Below are positions 1 to 10,193 of a DNA stretch of 64,000 bases, piece after piece; the first letter of the stretch is position 1, and each line of letters starts with the position of its first letter. The notes beneath the pieces were generated by a model. That model worked only from the letters and a program-made list of their open reading frames with translations. It was not told the DNA's origin and searched no databases. This DNA comes from an uncultured delta proteobacterium (GTDB taxonomy: Bacteria > Desulfobacterota > Binatia > UBA9968): the NCBI GenBank assembly GCA_963771465.1, contig CAVYTU010000015.1:416001-480000 (forward strand), written 5' to 3'. The translations under genes and the position numbers were made by a program.

Positions 1-51
1 CTCGCCGGTTCCGCTTAACGCAATCGTCACGGAACTCAATGCTCGACTAAA

Positions 52-1834
52 CTATGCGTTCTTTGGTATGGCGGTGCCGTAACCCAGACTCTTTTCAGCC
101 TCAGGCATATCGGTATAGCCCGGGACCCCAACTTCAGCCATGTCGAGACCTTCGATTTCGATTTCTTTGCTTACACGGATCGGCGTGATCAAGTCGCTGA
201 CTTTGAACCACACGTAGGCCATGACAAAACCGAAGGCGAGCACAACGCTAGCGTTGATCGCCTGCATGACCAACTGGGAAGGATCGCCATAGAGCAAACC
301 ACGCACACCGTCTGAACCGTAGGTTTTCACAAACTCATCTCGAACAACACCATTCCAGCCGGCGCCGTAAGCACCGTTGGCAAAAATTCCGACGGACAAC
401 ACACCCCAAGTCCCGTTCACGCCATGGACCGAAATGGCGCCGACTGGATCGTCGATGCCACGCGCTTCCCAGAAAAAGACGCTATAAACAACTACCAAAC
501 CGCCGATCGTGCCGATAAGCGCAGCCGCCCAAGGGTCAACGAAAGCGCAAGGCGCGGTGATTGCGACTAAGCCAGCGAGCATGCCGTTACATAACATTGT
601 CGGATCGGGCTTCAGTCCTTTGATCGCGAGCGCAACATATGCCCCGAGTGCTCCCATAACGCCGGCGAGCATGGTGTTGACCACGACAAAGCTAATCCGC
701 AGATCGGTGCCGGAAAGCGTCGAGCCGGGATTGAAACCAAACCAACCAAAGGCAAGAATGAATGTACCGAGAACGACCATGGGAACATTATGACAAGGAA
801 TAGCCCGCGGCCGGCCTTGCGAATCATATTTTCCGATGCGTGGACCGAGAATCATCGCACCGGCTAGCGCAATAATCCCACCCATCGCGTGAACCACACC
901 GGAACCGGCGAAATCCACCGCTCCATGTCCGAGTCCCCAGTTGATGCCACCTTGGGCCAAGAATCCACCGCCCCAAACCCAGTTCGCGTAGATGCAATAA
1001 GGCAGCGCCACCCACAAGCCAAAAAGGACGAAATTTTTCCACGCCCAGCGTTCAGCCATGGCGCCGGTAGGGATCGTCGCCGTGGTGTCCATGAATACCA
1101 TCATGAAGAAAAACAGCGCCATCACGCCGACGTCGCCCACTGCGCTGCCGAGAAAAAATCCTTTGGTGCCGAGCAAGCCATAGGTGAATACACCCGTGGC
1201 TTTCCCCGCGGCATCGACCGCTGCGCCGAGACCCCAACCATCGTTTAACACCGCCAGACCAGGACCTAGCGACGCATACCATCCCGGTGGCACCGGACCG
1301 TTGAACCAATTGCCCCAACCGATGGCGAAGCCATATACCCAGAACGCAAAGCAGCCGAGGGGATAGACCAAAAAATTCATCGCCGAAGTATGGGCTGCAT
1401 TCTTGGCCCGGCACAGACCGGTTTCGACCAACATAAATCCCGCCTGCATGAACATGACCAGGAAGCCGGCGATCAGGACCCAAACGTAATTGATCGAATA
1501 AAGATTGTGCGCGATGCGGTCGTAGAGATCATTGGCTTTGAGCTGATCCGGAACGTCGCCCTTGCCATCGCCTGCCGGTGTCGCCCAGACACCGGTCGCG
1601 GCGCCAGTGGCGTCAGGCCATGCCGGCTTTATTCGGATCTTCGCTGCTGCCGGAAAAATAAGCCGGCAATTTTGGCGCCGGCGCAGCTGCGGGTGCGGCC
1701 GCCGCCGGAGCTTCCACTTTGGCCGGCGCTTCGGGCGCCTTGGTTTCTTGGCCGTAGGCGAATCCTCCGAGCAAGCACAAACTCAGCGCCGCGCCGGCGC
1801 CGAGCAAGCGTACTTTCGAATCGATGCTTTCCAT
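52..1834 (-). CDS. amtB: Ammonium transporter Amt with N-terminal signal peptide and extension; one frameshift near 1630
   Basis: MFMQAGF, DFAGSGVVH, GWFGFNPGS and DDPVGAISVH motifs. ORF 1613..1846 (signal peptide plus Ala/Pro linker) joins the 52..1455 frame via ...PAWPDATG...YVWVLIAGFLV if one extra A in AATAAAGCCG is removed. Confidence 0.93.
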
Positions 1835-1862
1835 ATTCTCCTCCAATTATTTTTTTTGATGA

Positions 1863-2210
<348 letters not shown>

Positions 2211-2265
2211 TTATGGTTATCTGCCGATAAAAAGGTCCCGAACGTTTGGGTTCGTAAACGCTCGG

Positions 2266-2281
2266 AGCAACTGCGATGCCA
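2266..2281 (-). promoter_or_regulatory. sigma54 -24/-12 promoter of glnK-amtB
   Basis: Minus strand TGGCATCGCAGTTGCT fits TGGC-N-TTGC with exact GG-N10-GC spacing, about 65 bp upstream of glnK. Confidence 0.85.
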
Positions 2282-2378
2282 GCGCCAATCGACGCTACTG
2301 TACGATCGGATAATCAGCGGAAAGGTTGGACAAAAAGGAATGTCAGCGAGTGAGATGGATTTGCAACCAAGCTGCGAT

Positions 2379-2415
2379 TGCCTAGCAATTAATCGCGGCG
2401 CTCAATTTCTAAGCA
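2379..2415. promoter_or_regulatory. Pair of putative NtrC-type enhancer boxes
   Basis: Two 17-bp imperfect dyads, TGCCTAGCAATTAATCG (2379-2395) and CGCTCAATTTCTAAGCA (2399-2415), 100-135 bp upstream of the sigma54 site. Confidence 0.5.
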
Positions 2416-2445
2416 GAGGAGAATTGAATGAGAGAACCGAATCAA

Positions 2446-3249
2446 CTACAGCCGACGATGCGTTAATGCCGGCAGCTCGGCGCGCACTTTGGCGAGGTAT
2501 TCGAGATCGACTTCGGCACTTATCACACCCGGGCCGTCGGCGAGTTCGGCGAGAATCTTGCCCCAGGGATCGACGATCATCGAATGGCCGTGGGTTTCGA
2601 AACTCTTAGCGCTCTTGCCGAATTGATCGGGAGCAATGATGTAAACTTGGTTCTCGATGGCGCGCGCGCGCAGCAGCGTTTCCCAGTGCGCAGCGCCGGT
2701 AAAAGCCGTAAACGCCGAAGGGACAAAGATCAACTGCGCGGCTTGATCGGCGAGGCCACGATAAAGTTCAGGAAAACGGAGATCGTAGCAAACCGATAGC
2801 GCCATCGTCGCTAATTCCGTCTGCGCCACGACAACATCGGCGCCATGGGCACGGGTATCGGACTCCCGCAAGGAAACGCCGTTGGCGAGGTCGACATCAA
2901 ACAAATGTATCTTGCGATAACTCGCGATGAGTTTGCCGTTGGGATCGATGAGCAAACTGGTGTTGTAGGCTTTCGCGCTGCCGGGAATCTCCTCGAGAAT
3001 CGAGCCCGCCAGTAGATAAATTCCAAGTTCGCGCGCCAGCCCGGCCATCGCCGTCGAAGTCGGACCGGGAATCGGCTCAGCAGATTCCCGTTCAAGTTTC
3101 TTCGTGCCGCGCCAGATAAAAACTTCCGGCAGAGCAATGACCCGCGCGCCGTTTGTCGCAGCTTGGCGAATCCAATGTTCTGCCTCTTTAAAATTGGCCG
3201 CCTTGTCATCCGAGGCGAGCATCTGCACGGCGGCGGCGAGAAACTTCAT
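2446..3249 (-). CDS. Carbon-nitrogen hydrolase (Nit1/deaminated-glutathione amidase-like)
   Basis: Glu-Lys-Cys triad motifs LPE, YRKIHLFD and VCYDLRFPE; also RARAIENQ and GHSMIVDPWG. Confidence 0.92.
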   Translation of the reverse strand: MKFLAAAVQMLASDDKAANFKEAEHWIRQAATNGARVIALPEVFIWRGTKKLERESAEPIPGPTSTAMAGLARELGIYLLAGSILEEIPGSAKAYNTSLLIDPNGKLIASYRKIHLFDVDLANGVSLRESDTRAHGADVVVAQTELATMALSVCYDLRFPELYRGLADQAAQLIFVPSAFTAFTGAAHWETLLRARAIENQVYIIAPDQFGKSAKSFETHGHSMIVDPWGKILAELADGPGVISAEVDLEYLAKVRAELPALTHRRL

Positions 3250-3289
3250 GACCGTGAACCTGTGAACGGCGGGAGCTTGATCAATGCCT

Positions 3290-4126
3290 TCAGCGATTCA
3301 TCAATAGCGGACAAGGTGCGTTGCGCAGCACATATTCGGTGGTGCTGCCGAGAACCATCTCGATGATGCGGCGGTGGCCGTAGGCGCCGATGAACAAGAG
3401 ATCGTGATTCAAGTTGACTAAATACTCGATGATTTTTTGCTCGGGAAAACCGCGCGCGGTTTCATAGGTCGCCTCAATGGCATAGGAGCCGAGATAGCCC
3501 TTCGCCCGTTGCAATACGGTTTGCGCCTGAGCTTCTTCCTTGGCAATGGTCAGCACCGTTAATGGCAGCTTGAGCACAGAGCAAAACTCCGCCGCCGATT
3601 CCATCGCCGAGCTCGCCCGCTGACTGCCGTCGTATGCCAACAGCGGCCGTGTAACCGGCTTGAACAGTTTGGTTGAAACCAAGATCGGTCTGGGACATTT
3701 GCGCGCGATGCTTTCCGCGGTGGTGCCGAGCAAACCGGTGGAAAACTCCTCGTTGACGCCGCGATGACCGATCACCACCAAGTCAGCGACTTTGGCGCGC
3801 TCGCAGATTTCGTTGGCGATCAGTCCCATATCCAAGAAGGTTTGATAGCGGATGCTTTTCTTGGCGCAAACTTCAGCGAAATCGGCGAGAATAATTTTGC
3901 CGCGCTCGTCGAGAATTTCCCGCATCTTCGAGGAAAAATCGAGATAGGGCTCGAAACCGAGCGAGCCGGAGATATCGTGAAAGAACGTTCCTTCGATGGA
4001 TATCGTGTCGATGACGTGCTGGCCGAACAGCGTGCCGTCGAGTCCTTGAGCGAGCCAGACGGCGTAGTCGAGCGCAGCCTTGCAATGATCCGAGCCATCG
4101 AGAGGAATGAGAATGTTTTTGATCAT
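3290..4126 (-). CDS. Tandem-domain universal stress protein
   Basis: ILIPLDGS, DLVVIG..G..LLGTTAE, LLAYDGS and GAYGH...LGSTTEYVLR motifs. Confidence 0.92.
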   Translation of the reverse strand: MIKNILIPLDGSDHCKAALDYAVWLAQGLDGTLFGQHVIDTISIEGTFFHDISGSLGFEPYLDFSSKMREILDERGKIILADFAEVCAKKSIRYQTFLDMGLIANEICERAKVADLVVIGHRGVNEEFSTGLLGTTAESIARKCPRPILVSTKLFKPVTRPLLAYDGSQRASSAMESAAEFCSVLKLPLTVLTIAKEEAQAQTVLQRAKGYLGSYAIEATYETARGFPEQKIIEYLVNLNHDLLFIGAYGHRRIIEMVLGSTTEYVLRNAPCPLLMNR

Positions 4127-4313
4127 GCGTCCCTCCAGATGGGTGGGTTTACCGGCTCTATGCTGCGAGCCACTTCGACTCCATATCGGACTGATTTAAC
4201 ACGCGGTTCGGATTACACTTAAACAGGCCGCGGACTTTTTGCAAGGCGAAATTCGCCGGGACCGTTTACAATGCGACGACTTTGCGCGATACTCACGACT
4301 CTAAGTTGAAGCT

Positions 4314-4589
4314 ATGGCACAATCGAAGAACCGACAGGAAGCCCGCCTGCAAGATCTGATCGTCAACGCGAAACGGATGAATATCGAAGTGCGTACGGAA
4401 AAGCTGCTGCGCGAAGCGGGTTACCGTGCTCACAGCGGCCGCTGCCGCATCAAAGGACAGGATGTCATCTTGATCGACCGCGACGCACCGATCGCCGACC
4501 AGATCGAATTTTTAGGCAACGAGTTGGCTGAGCGACAAAAACAAATCGTCGAGACCAGTGAGTCGGCACGACAAGCCACAAGTACCTAA
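4314..4589 (+). CDS. Small hypothetical protein
   Basis: Clean 91-aa ORF filling the gap between the USP and DtxR genes. Confidence 0.65.
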   Translation: MAQSKNRQEARLQDLIVNAKRMNIEVRTEKLLREAGYRAHSGRCRIKGQDVILIDRDAPIADQIEFLGNELAERQKQIVETSESARQATST

Positions 4590-4613
4590 CCTTGGGCTAA
4601 CTATTTCCCAACC

Positions 4614-5279
4614 TCAGTGAACGCGAATTTTCTTCGCCGCCTCGATTCCCAAAGAAAATTGATCGTTAGCGACCTTCAAGGTCATCATGCCGAGCGACGG
4701 CGCGACGTCGACGACATGAACCTTCGCGCCCGGCACCAGTCCATGATCCTGCAAGTAGGCTAACAAGCGCACATCGCGCTCGCCGCCTTCAGTGATCGAA
4801 TCGAGTTCAACGGTTTGATCGTCAGTTGCCTCATCCAATGGAATAGTCTTGGTCGGCGAAGCCTGACTTGCGCCAGGGATCCGATTGCCATGGGGGCAGG
4901 TTAAGGGATGTTTCAGCAGCGTCGCCAAGCGTTCTTCAACTTCTTGCGAGATCGCATGCTCCAAGCGATGCGCTTCTTGATGGGCTTTGACCCAATCGAG
5001 TCCCAACAAATCGGTCAAAAAACGTTCGGTGAGAAAGTGGCGCCGAATAATTCTTTCGGCGATGTTCTTACCTTCACTGGTTAGGTGAATCTCCTTGCGC
5101 CGGTTAATCGTTACGTAGCCATCTTTTTCCAAACGTCGCAAAGTTGCGAAGATGGTTGATGCTGAAACACCGGCCTCGGCGGCCATGCGGGCCGCAATCA
5201 CTGGCTGTGATTCTTCCCCAAGTACGTAAATCGCCTTGAGATAATCCTCTAACGCGTGGGTTACCTTGGGCTCTTCCAT
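4614..5279 (-). CDS. DtxR/MntR-family metal-dependent repressor with C-terminal FeoA/SH3-like domain
   Basis: EDYLKAIY, wHTH, RRHFLTERFL, EAHRLEH and TCPHGNRIP motifs; LQDHGLVPGAKV FeoA-like tail. Confidence 0.93.
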   Translation of the reverse strand: MEEPKVTHALEDYLKAIYVLGEESQPVIAARMAAEAGVSASTIFATLRRLEKDGYVTINRRKEIHLTSEGKNIAERIIRRHFLTERFLTDLLGLDWVKAHQEAHRLEHAISQEVEERLATLLKHPLTCPHGNRIPGASQASPTKTIPLDEATDDQTVELDSITEGGERDVRLLAYLQDHGLVPGAKVHVVDVAPSLGMMTLKVANDQFSLGIEAAKKIRVH

Positions 5280-5283
5280 GGAT

Positions 5284-5315
5284 TTGACAAACTTTTAAGT
5301 TTCGATTATACGAAC
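5284..5315 (+). promoter_or_regulatory. sigma70-type promoter P1 with overlapping palindromic operator; divergent promoter for the repressor gene
   Basis: TTGACA(5284)-N17-TATACG(5307). The dyad TTCG-ATTATA-CGAA (5301-5314) covers the -10 and reads TATAAT on the minus strand. A second dyad GTTTA-AGGTC-TAAAC lies at 5348-5362. Confidence 0.7.
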
Positions 5316-5425
5316 AATTAGTCTTGTGGCACACTAATGATAAATATGTTTAAGGTCTAAACTATTCCCTGCTGGACACCTTATAGTAAATTTGTCGTAG
5401 CAGATCAACCAAGAAAAGAGGTGTT

Positions 5426-6367
5426 ATGAAATCAAAGTTTCAACGGTCACTAACGGGCGCAGTTATGGTTGCAGTCGCGCTGTGGATAACTTCTTACAAG
5501 CAGGCGCTGGCGCAAGAAAAAGTCGTTATCGCAATCCAACCCACGGTGGCCAGCGATGAAATGTTGAGTAAAGCGAAACCGCTGCAAAATTTTCTCGAAA
5601 AAAGCCTTGGCGCTCGCACCAAGGTCGAAATTTACGTCCCAACCAGTTACGCAGCCGTGGTCGAGTCGCTGCGCTTCGGTCACGCTCAGGTCGCTTTCAT
5701 GTCAGCCTGGCCGTCTCAATTGGCGGTACGGCTCGGTGGCGCCGAAGTCGCATTGGCTGAGATTCGCCAAGTGCTGCACGGCAAGGAAAAAGTCGAGGCG
5801 CCTTACTACTATTCCAATTGGGTCGTAGCGCCGGACTCGCCGTACAAGGATCTTCAATCGCTCAAAGGTAAGAGCGCCTGCTTTCCCAGCCCAATCTCTA
5901 CTTCCGGTTTCGTTGCGCCGATGGGACGCATGGTCGAGCTAAACCTGCTCCCGGCGGCGGACGGCAAGGAAGCGGATCCTAAAGCATTTTTCAAAGAGGT
6001 GTTGTTCGGCGGCGGCTACGGCCAATGCTGGCAAGCGCTCAAACAAGGCCAAGTCGATACCACCATAATCGCCGGAGACGTCCCGGAGAAACTCTATAAT
6101 GAAGTCCTCGGCGCCACCCGTACCATCGAAACCCAAGGCCCGATCCCGTCTCATGCAGTGGTGCTCAGCAAGGAACTGAAAGACCCGCTACGCTCTCGGG
6201 TGATTCAAAGCATCGGTAAACTGAGCGCGCCTGAGCAGCGCGACCTGATGAAGACTTTTATATCGAGTCTGTTTGTCGGCTTTAAGCCGACCAATGCCAA
6301 CGAGCATCTCGGTGCGTTACAGAAATACTTAAAGCTCGCCAACCTCAAATTCACGGAGCGCTTGTGA
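5426..6367 (+). CDS. phnD: Phosphate/phosphite/phosphonate-family ABC substrate-binding protein
   Basis: Signal peptide (ALA-Q), SYAAVVESLRFG and STSG oxyanion motif; followed by ATPase and permease. Confidence 0.85.
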   Translation: MKSKFQRSLTGAVMVAVALWITSYKQALAQEKVVIAIQPTVASDEMLSKAKPLQNFLEKSLGARTKVEIYVPTSYAAVVESLRFGHAQVAFMSAWPSQLAVRLGGAEVALAEIRQVLHGKEKVEAPYYYSNWVVAPDSPYKDLQSLKGKSACFPSPISTSGFVAPMGRMVELNLLPAADGKEADPKAFFKEVLFGGGYGQCWQALKQGQVDTTIIAGDVPEKLYNEVLGATRTIETQGPIPSHAVVLSKELKDPLRSRVIQSIGKLSAPEQRDLMKTFISSLFVGFKPTNANEHLGALQKYLKLANLKFTERL

Positions 6368-7113
6368 CCGCTAACGGCGATGCGCCGATTGCGCTCAGCG
6401 CCGAGCAAGTCTGGTATTCCTATCCGCATCACGACGCGGTGTTACGAAACGTTTCGCTGTCCATTCCGGCGGGAAAACACACCGTCATCATGGGGCCCTC
6501 GGGCACCGGCAAAACCACCTTGCTGCGGGTTCTCGCGGGCATCTTAAAACCAAGCCGCGGCCGCATCACGGTATTCGACCAGCCGGTTGACGGTCGCGGC
6601 CAGCGCCAGCTGAGTCCGTTGATTGGCTACATTCCACAACAGCTGGGATTGGTGCGTAACCTTTCCGCCCTCGATAACGTTCTAATGGGCGCGTTGGGCC
6701 GGCTCGGCGATACCAAATCGCTTTTGGGTCTGTTCCCTCGGGCTGAAATCGACGCCGCCCACGCGGCGCTGGATATGATGGGCATCGACCACAAGAGCGA
6801 GGCGCAAGTCTTTCACCTAAGCGGCGGCGAACGGCAGCGGGTCGCGATCGCGCGCACGCTGTTGCAACGGCCGCGCATCGTCATCGCCGACGAGTTCGCC
6901 TCCGACCTCGATTTAGCGATGGCCTATGAGATCCTCGACCGCATCCGCAACGCCGCTGAAAGAGAAAACATCACCTTCATCATGAGCATGCACCGTTTCG
7001 GTCTGGCGCGAAGATTCGGCGACGATGTCCTCGCCCTGGAAGATGGCGCCATCGTCCGCGGCTTCATCGGCAACGAAATACTCGAGACCGCCCAAGAGGC
7101 CGCACCTTTGTGA
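6364..7113 (+). CDS. phnC: PhnC-like ABC ATPase
   Basis: Walker A GPSGTGKT, LSGGERQRVAIAR, IADE..SDLD and NVLMGALG motifs. Confidence 0.88.
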   Translation: MTANGDAPIALSAEQVWYSYPHHDAVLRNVSLSIPAGKHTVIMGPSGTGKTTLLRVLAGILKPSRGRITVFDQPVDGRGQRQLSPLIGYIPQQLGLVRNLSALDNVLMGALGRLGDTKSLLGLFPRAEIDAAHAALDMMGIDHKSEAQVFHLSGGERQRVAIARTLLQRPRIVIADEFASDLDLAMAYEILDRIRNAAERENITFIMSMHRFGLARRFGDDVLALEDGAIVRGFIGNEILETAQEAAPL

Positions 7114-7877
7114 TATCCAAGCTTTTCTTGCCGATAACCACAGCGTTATTTTTGCTCGCGGTGCTCGCCCACTTGGGGTTTTTCGAGTGGGACCGGTTGG
7201 CGCGCGGGTTTCGCAATTTAAGAATTCTCGGCGCCGAGATGGTGCCGCCGGATGTCTCGATCTTGCCAACGGCGGGGGCGGCGCTGTGGGAAACCGTCGA
7301 GATGTCTTTCGCCGGAACGCTGCTCGGCTTCATGGCGTCGCTGCCGCTCAGCATTCTCGCCACCCGTCGCTTATTTTCCGACTGGGTGTCGCGGCTAGCG
7401 CGCTTCGTCGCCGCCGGCATTCGCACCATCCCGGTGCTGCTGTGGGCAATCGTCTTTGTCATTCTCGTCGGCCTCGGCCCATTGGCCGGCACCTTCGGTA
7501 TTGCCGCCTACACGGTCGGTTACTTGGCGAAAATCTACGCCGATCTCTTCGAAGGCACCGACCCCGAAATCATGGAAGCCGTACAAAGCACCGGCGCTTC
7601 GAAGTTGCAGTTGGTGCGTTACGTGATCGTTCCTGAAACCGCCAATGCGATACTGGCGCAAGTGCTATTTATGCTCGAATACAACATCCGCGCCTCATCG
7701 ATTCTCGGCTTCGTCGGCGCCGGCGGCCTCGGCTTGGTCATTCAAATCTATTTGCAGAATCTGAATTATCGCCGTTTGGCCACGGTGCTGTTACTGGTTT
7801 TGGTGATCGTTCTGCTCATGGACGGCATGAGCGCGTGGCTGCGAAAAAGGTTTCTGTTGTCAAGCCAGGGAACCTAA
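7110..7877 (+). CDS. phnE: PhnE-like ABC permease
   Basis: RTIPVLLWAIVFV...GLGPLAG and EYNIRASSILGFVGAGGLG motifs. Confidence 0.88.
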   Translation: MISKLFLPITTALFLLAVLAHLGFFEWDRLARGFRNLRILGAEMVPPDVSILPTAGAALWETVEMSFAGTLLGFMASLPLSILATRRLFSDWVSRLARFVAAGIRTIPVLLWAIVFVILVGLGPLAGTFGIAAYTVGYLAKIYADLFEGTDPEIMEAVQSTGASKLQLVRYVIVPETANAILAQVLFMLEYNIRASSILGFVGAGGLGLVIQIYLQNLNYRRLATVLLLVLVIVLLMDGMSAWLRKRFLLSSQGT

Positions 7878-7885
7878 TCAGCGTC

Positions 7886-9868
7886 ATGAGTCGACAATTT
7901 TCCCTGCCGTTCATTGGCAAAAACCGCTTCGGCAATTTTCTCTGTTTGCCGATACTTCTATTCGTCTTCATCGCCAGCCCGGCCTTCGGCCAAGAGCAAG
8001 CCAAGAAACTCATCGCCCTGCTCGATTATCTCGGCAGCGACTACAAGAACGCCGTCATGGACGGCAAGGTCCTAAGCCAAGACGAATACACCGAGATGCA
8101 GGAATTTTCCAAACGCATCTCAGAGCTATCCGCGCAGTTAAAAGAACTGGACAAGGGTGACAAGGCCGGTATCGACGCCGAGATAAAATCGCTGACGGCC
8201 CAGGTCGATCAGAAAGCCGATCCGAAGGTCATCGCCGACCTGGCCAAAAGCATCAAAGATAAACTGCTCGCGGCATACCAAATCGTACCCTATCCGCGCC
8301 GGCTGCCGACGCTGGCAGACGGCAAGAAACTGTACGATGACAATTGTGCCCAGTGTCACGGCGCCACGGGTAAAGGCGACGGTCCCGGGCGCCAATCGAT
8401 GAATCCGAAAACCCCACTGCCGGCAAACTTTACCGACCCAGAACGGATCGGAGGCCTGTCGCCGTTCAAGGCTTTCAATACCACCAGCTTCGGCATCGAA
8501 GGCACAGCGATGGCTTCCTTCGCGGCTCTTAGTGAAGAACAGCGCTGGCAGGTATCTTTTTATGTTCTTACTCTGCGGTTTTCGCCCGACGCCGCAAAAG
8601 ATGGAGCAGCGCTATTTCGATCGAAGAAGGTGGCCGGAGAATTCACCACGGTTGCGCTGTTAGCGACCCATTCCGACGAGCAGTTGCTCGAAAAACTCAA
8701 ACCCTACGCGAGCCAAGAAGCCGAGGCGTTAAAGCTTTTGGCCTATCTACGCCGCGGTGTTCTGGAAACGAAGACCCAAGACCCGCTCTTGATTGCGCGC
8801 GGGCTGATCCGCGAGGCGGTGGAACTCTACGGCAAAGGCGACAAAGAGAAAGCTTATCAGAAAGCGGTGGAAGCTTATCTCGATGGATTCGAGCTCGCCG
8901 AGCCGGCGCTGTTCGCCAAGGATGCGTCGTTCGGCCGTGCGCTGGAGGGGCAATTCACCCAACTGCGCAACGCCATCAAACAGGGCGAAGCTGCCGACGC
9001 GATCGGGAAACGCCAGCGCGAGATCGAAGCGAAGCTCGACGAGGCGACGCAAATGCTTGCCCGTGAGGACAACTTCTCCACCTATTATGCGTTTATCAAT
9101 TCAGCGCTGATTATTCTTCGAGAAGGCCTCGAGGCAACGCTCATCTTAGCGGCAATACTAGCGATGCTGAAAGTGATGGACGCCCGCGCCGCCATTCGCT
9201 ACATCCATTTGGGCTGGATTTTGGCCCTAGTGATGGGTGGGCTGACGTGGCTAGCAACCCAGACTATTTTGACGCTGAGCGGTCAGCACCGCGAGAGCAT
9301 GGAAGGATTCATTTCGATTTTCGCGGCGGTGGCGCTGTTCTACGTCGGCTATTGGCTACATACCCGCTCTGAGGCCAAAAGATGGCAGGCATTCATACAA
9401 GACAAGGTCAAGAACAGTCTTTCGAGCAAAAGCATTTTCGGTTTGATGGGGATTTCGTTTTTCGCCGTCTATCGTGAGGCTTTTGAAGTCGTGCTCTTTT
9501 ACCAAGCGCTCTGGCTCCAGAACGAGAACAGCCATCAGGCGGTTTTGTGGGGTTTCGTAGCCGGGCTCGCGACCCTAGTCGCCGCGACCTTCGGCATCTT
9601 GAAACTAGGGCTCAAGGTTCCGCTGAAATATTTCTTCGGCGCCACCGGGACGTTGCTCTACATCGTCGCGTTCGTTTTTGCCGGCAACGGCATCAAGGAA
9701 CTCCAAGCGGCGGGTTGGGTACCGACGACGCCGCTCAATTTTCCGCTGCAAGCGCCGCTGTTGGGTATCCATCCGACGGTAGAAAGCCTGGCCGCCCAAG
9801 GAATCATGCTCGGCGCATTCATTATTACGTCCATCTGGATGGTGCGTGAACGGAGGAAGGCGGGATAA
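7886..9868 (+). CDS. Cytochrome c / FTR1 iron permease fusion (PbrT-like)
   Basis: LLDYLGSDY N-terminal domain, CAQCH heme motif, REGLE and REAFE FTR1 motifs, multiple TM helices. Confidence 0.92.
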   Translation: MSRQFSLPFIGKNRFGNFLCLPILLFVFIASPAFGQEQAKKLIALLDYLGSDYKNAVMDGKVLSQDEYTEMQEFSKRISELSAQLKELDKGDKAGIDAEIKSLTAQVDQKADPKVIADLAKSIKDKLLAAYQIVPYPRRLPTLADGKKLYDDNCAQCHGATGKGDGPGRQSMNPKTPLPANFTDPERIGGLSPFKAFNTTSFGIEGTAMASFAALSEEQRWQVSFYVLTLRFSPDAAKDGAALFRSKKVAGEFTTVALLATHSDEQLLEKLKPYASQEAEALKLLAYLRRGVLETKTQDPLLIARGLIREAVELYGKGDKEKAYQKAVEAYLDGFELAEPALFAKDASFGRALEGQFTQLRNAIKQGEAADAIGKRQREIEAKLDEATQMLAREDNFSTYYAFINSALIILREGLEATLILAAILAMLKVMDARAAIRYIHLGWILALVMGGLTWLATQTILTLSGQHRESMEGFISIFAAVALFYVGYWLHTRSEAKRWQAFIQDKVKNSLSSKSIFGLMGISFFAVYREAFEVVLFYQALWLQNENSHQAVLWGFVAGLATLVAATFGILKLGLKVPLKYFFGATGTLLYIVAFVFAGNGIKELQAAGWVPTTPLNFPLQAPLLGIHPTVESLAAQGIMLGAFIITSIWMVRERRKAG

Positions 9869-10096
9869 ATGCCAAAGCGCGAGCAACGGACGGAAGGCGA
9901 GCCCGTTACAACGGTGATTCGCGACAAGAATTCGCTTCGCTGCGACTGCGGTAATCTTTTAGCCCGTCTCGTTCCTGGCGGTGTGGAGCTTAAATGTCGC
10001 CGCTGTAAACGCCAGGTCGTGATTCCGCTATCGGGCGGCAGCAACTTCGCAGAAAACCATCTCAACCGTTGGGAAAGGGCGACTGATAAATCTTAA
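9869..10096 (+). CDS. Mu Com-like zinc-ribbon small protein
   Basis: LRCDCGNLLAR...VELKCRRCKR (CxC-x15-CxxC) follows the RC..C..LL...EI.C.RCKR pattern of phage Mu Com; its ATG abuts the FTR1 stop codon. Confidence 0.75.
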   Translation: MPKREQRTEGEPVTTVIRDKNSLRCDCGNLLARLVPGGVELKCRRCKRQVVIPLSGGSNFAENHLNRWERATDKS

Positions 10097-10158
10097 TTGG
10101 TCATCATTCTAGCATCTTAGACTCTTAAATTCGTATGTGATAATTTATTTTGTTAGTG

Positions 10159-10190
10159 TTGACAAATATTCAATATTTAAATATACGAAC
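10159..10190 (+). promoter_or_regulatory. sigma70-type promoter P2 of the exbB operon
   Basis: TTGACA(10159)-N17-TATACG(10182)AAC in an AT-rich island; same architecture as P1. An inverted half-site TTCGTAT lies at 10130. Confidence 0.72.
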
Positions 10191-10193
10191 TTA

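Noticed and set aside
1613-1615. In-frame TGA in the amtB 5' region as selenocysteine or readthrough
   Set aside because: The downstream coding sequence continues in a different frame; a one-base insertion explains it.
9869-10096. Com-like gene as a Mu prophage remnant
   Set aside because: No mom or methylase gene and no other phage genes; it is translationally coupled to the FTR1 gene.
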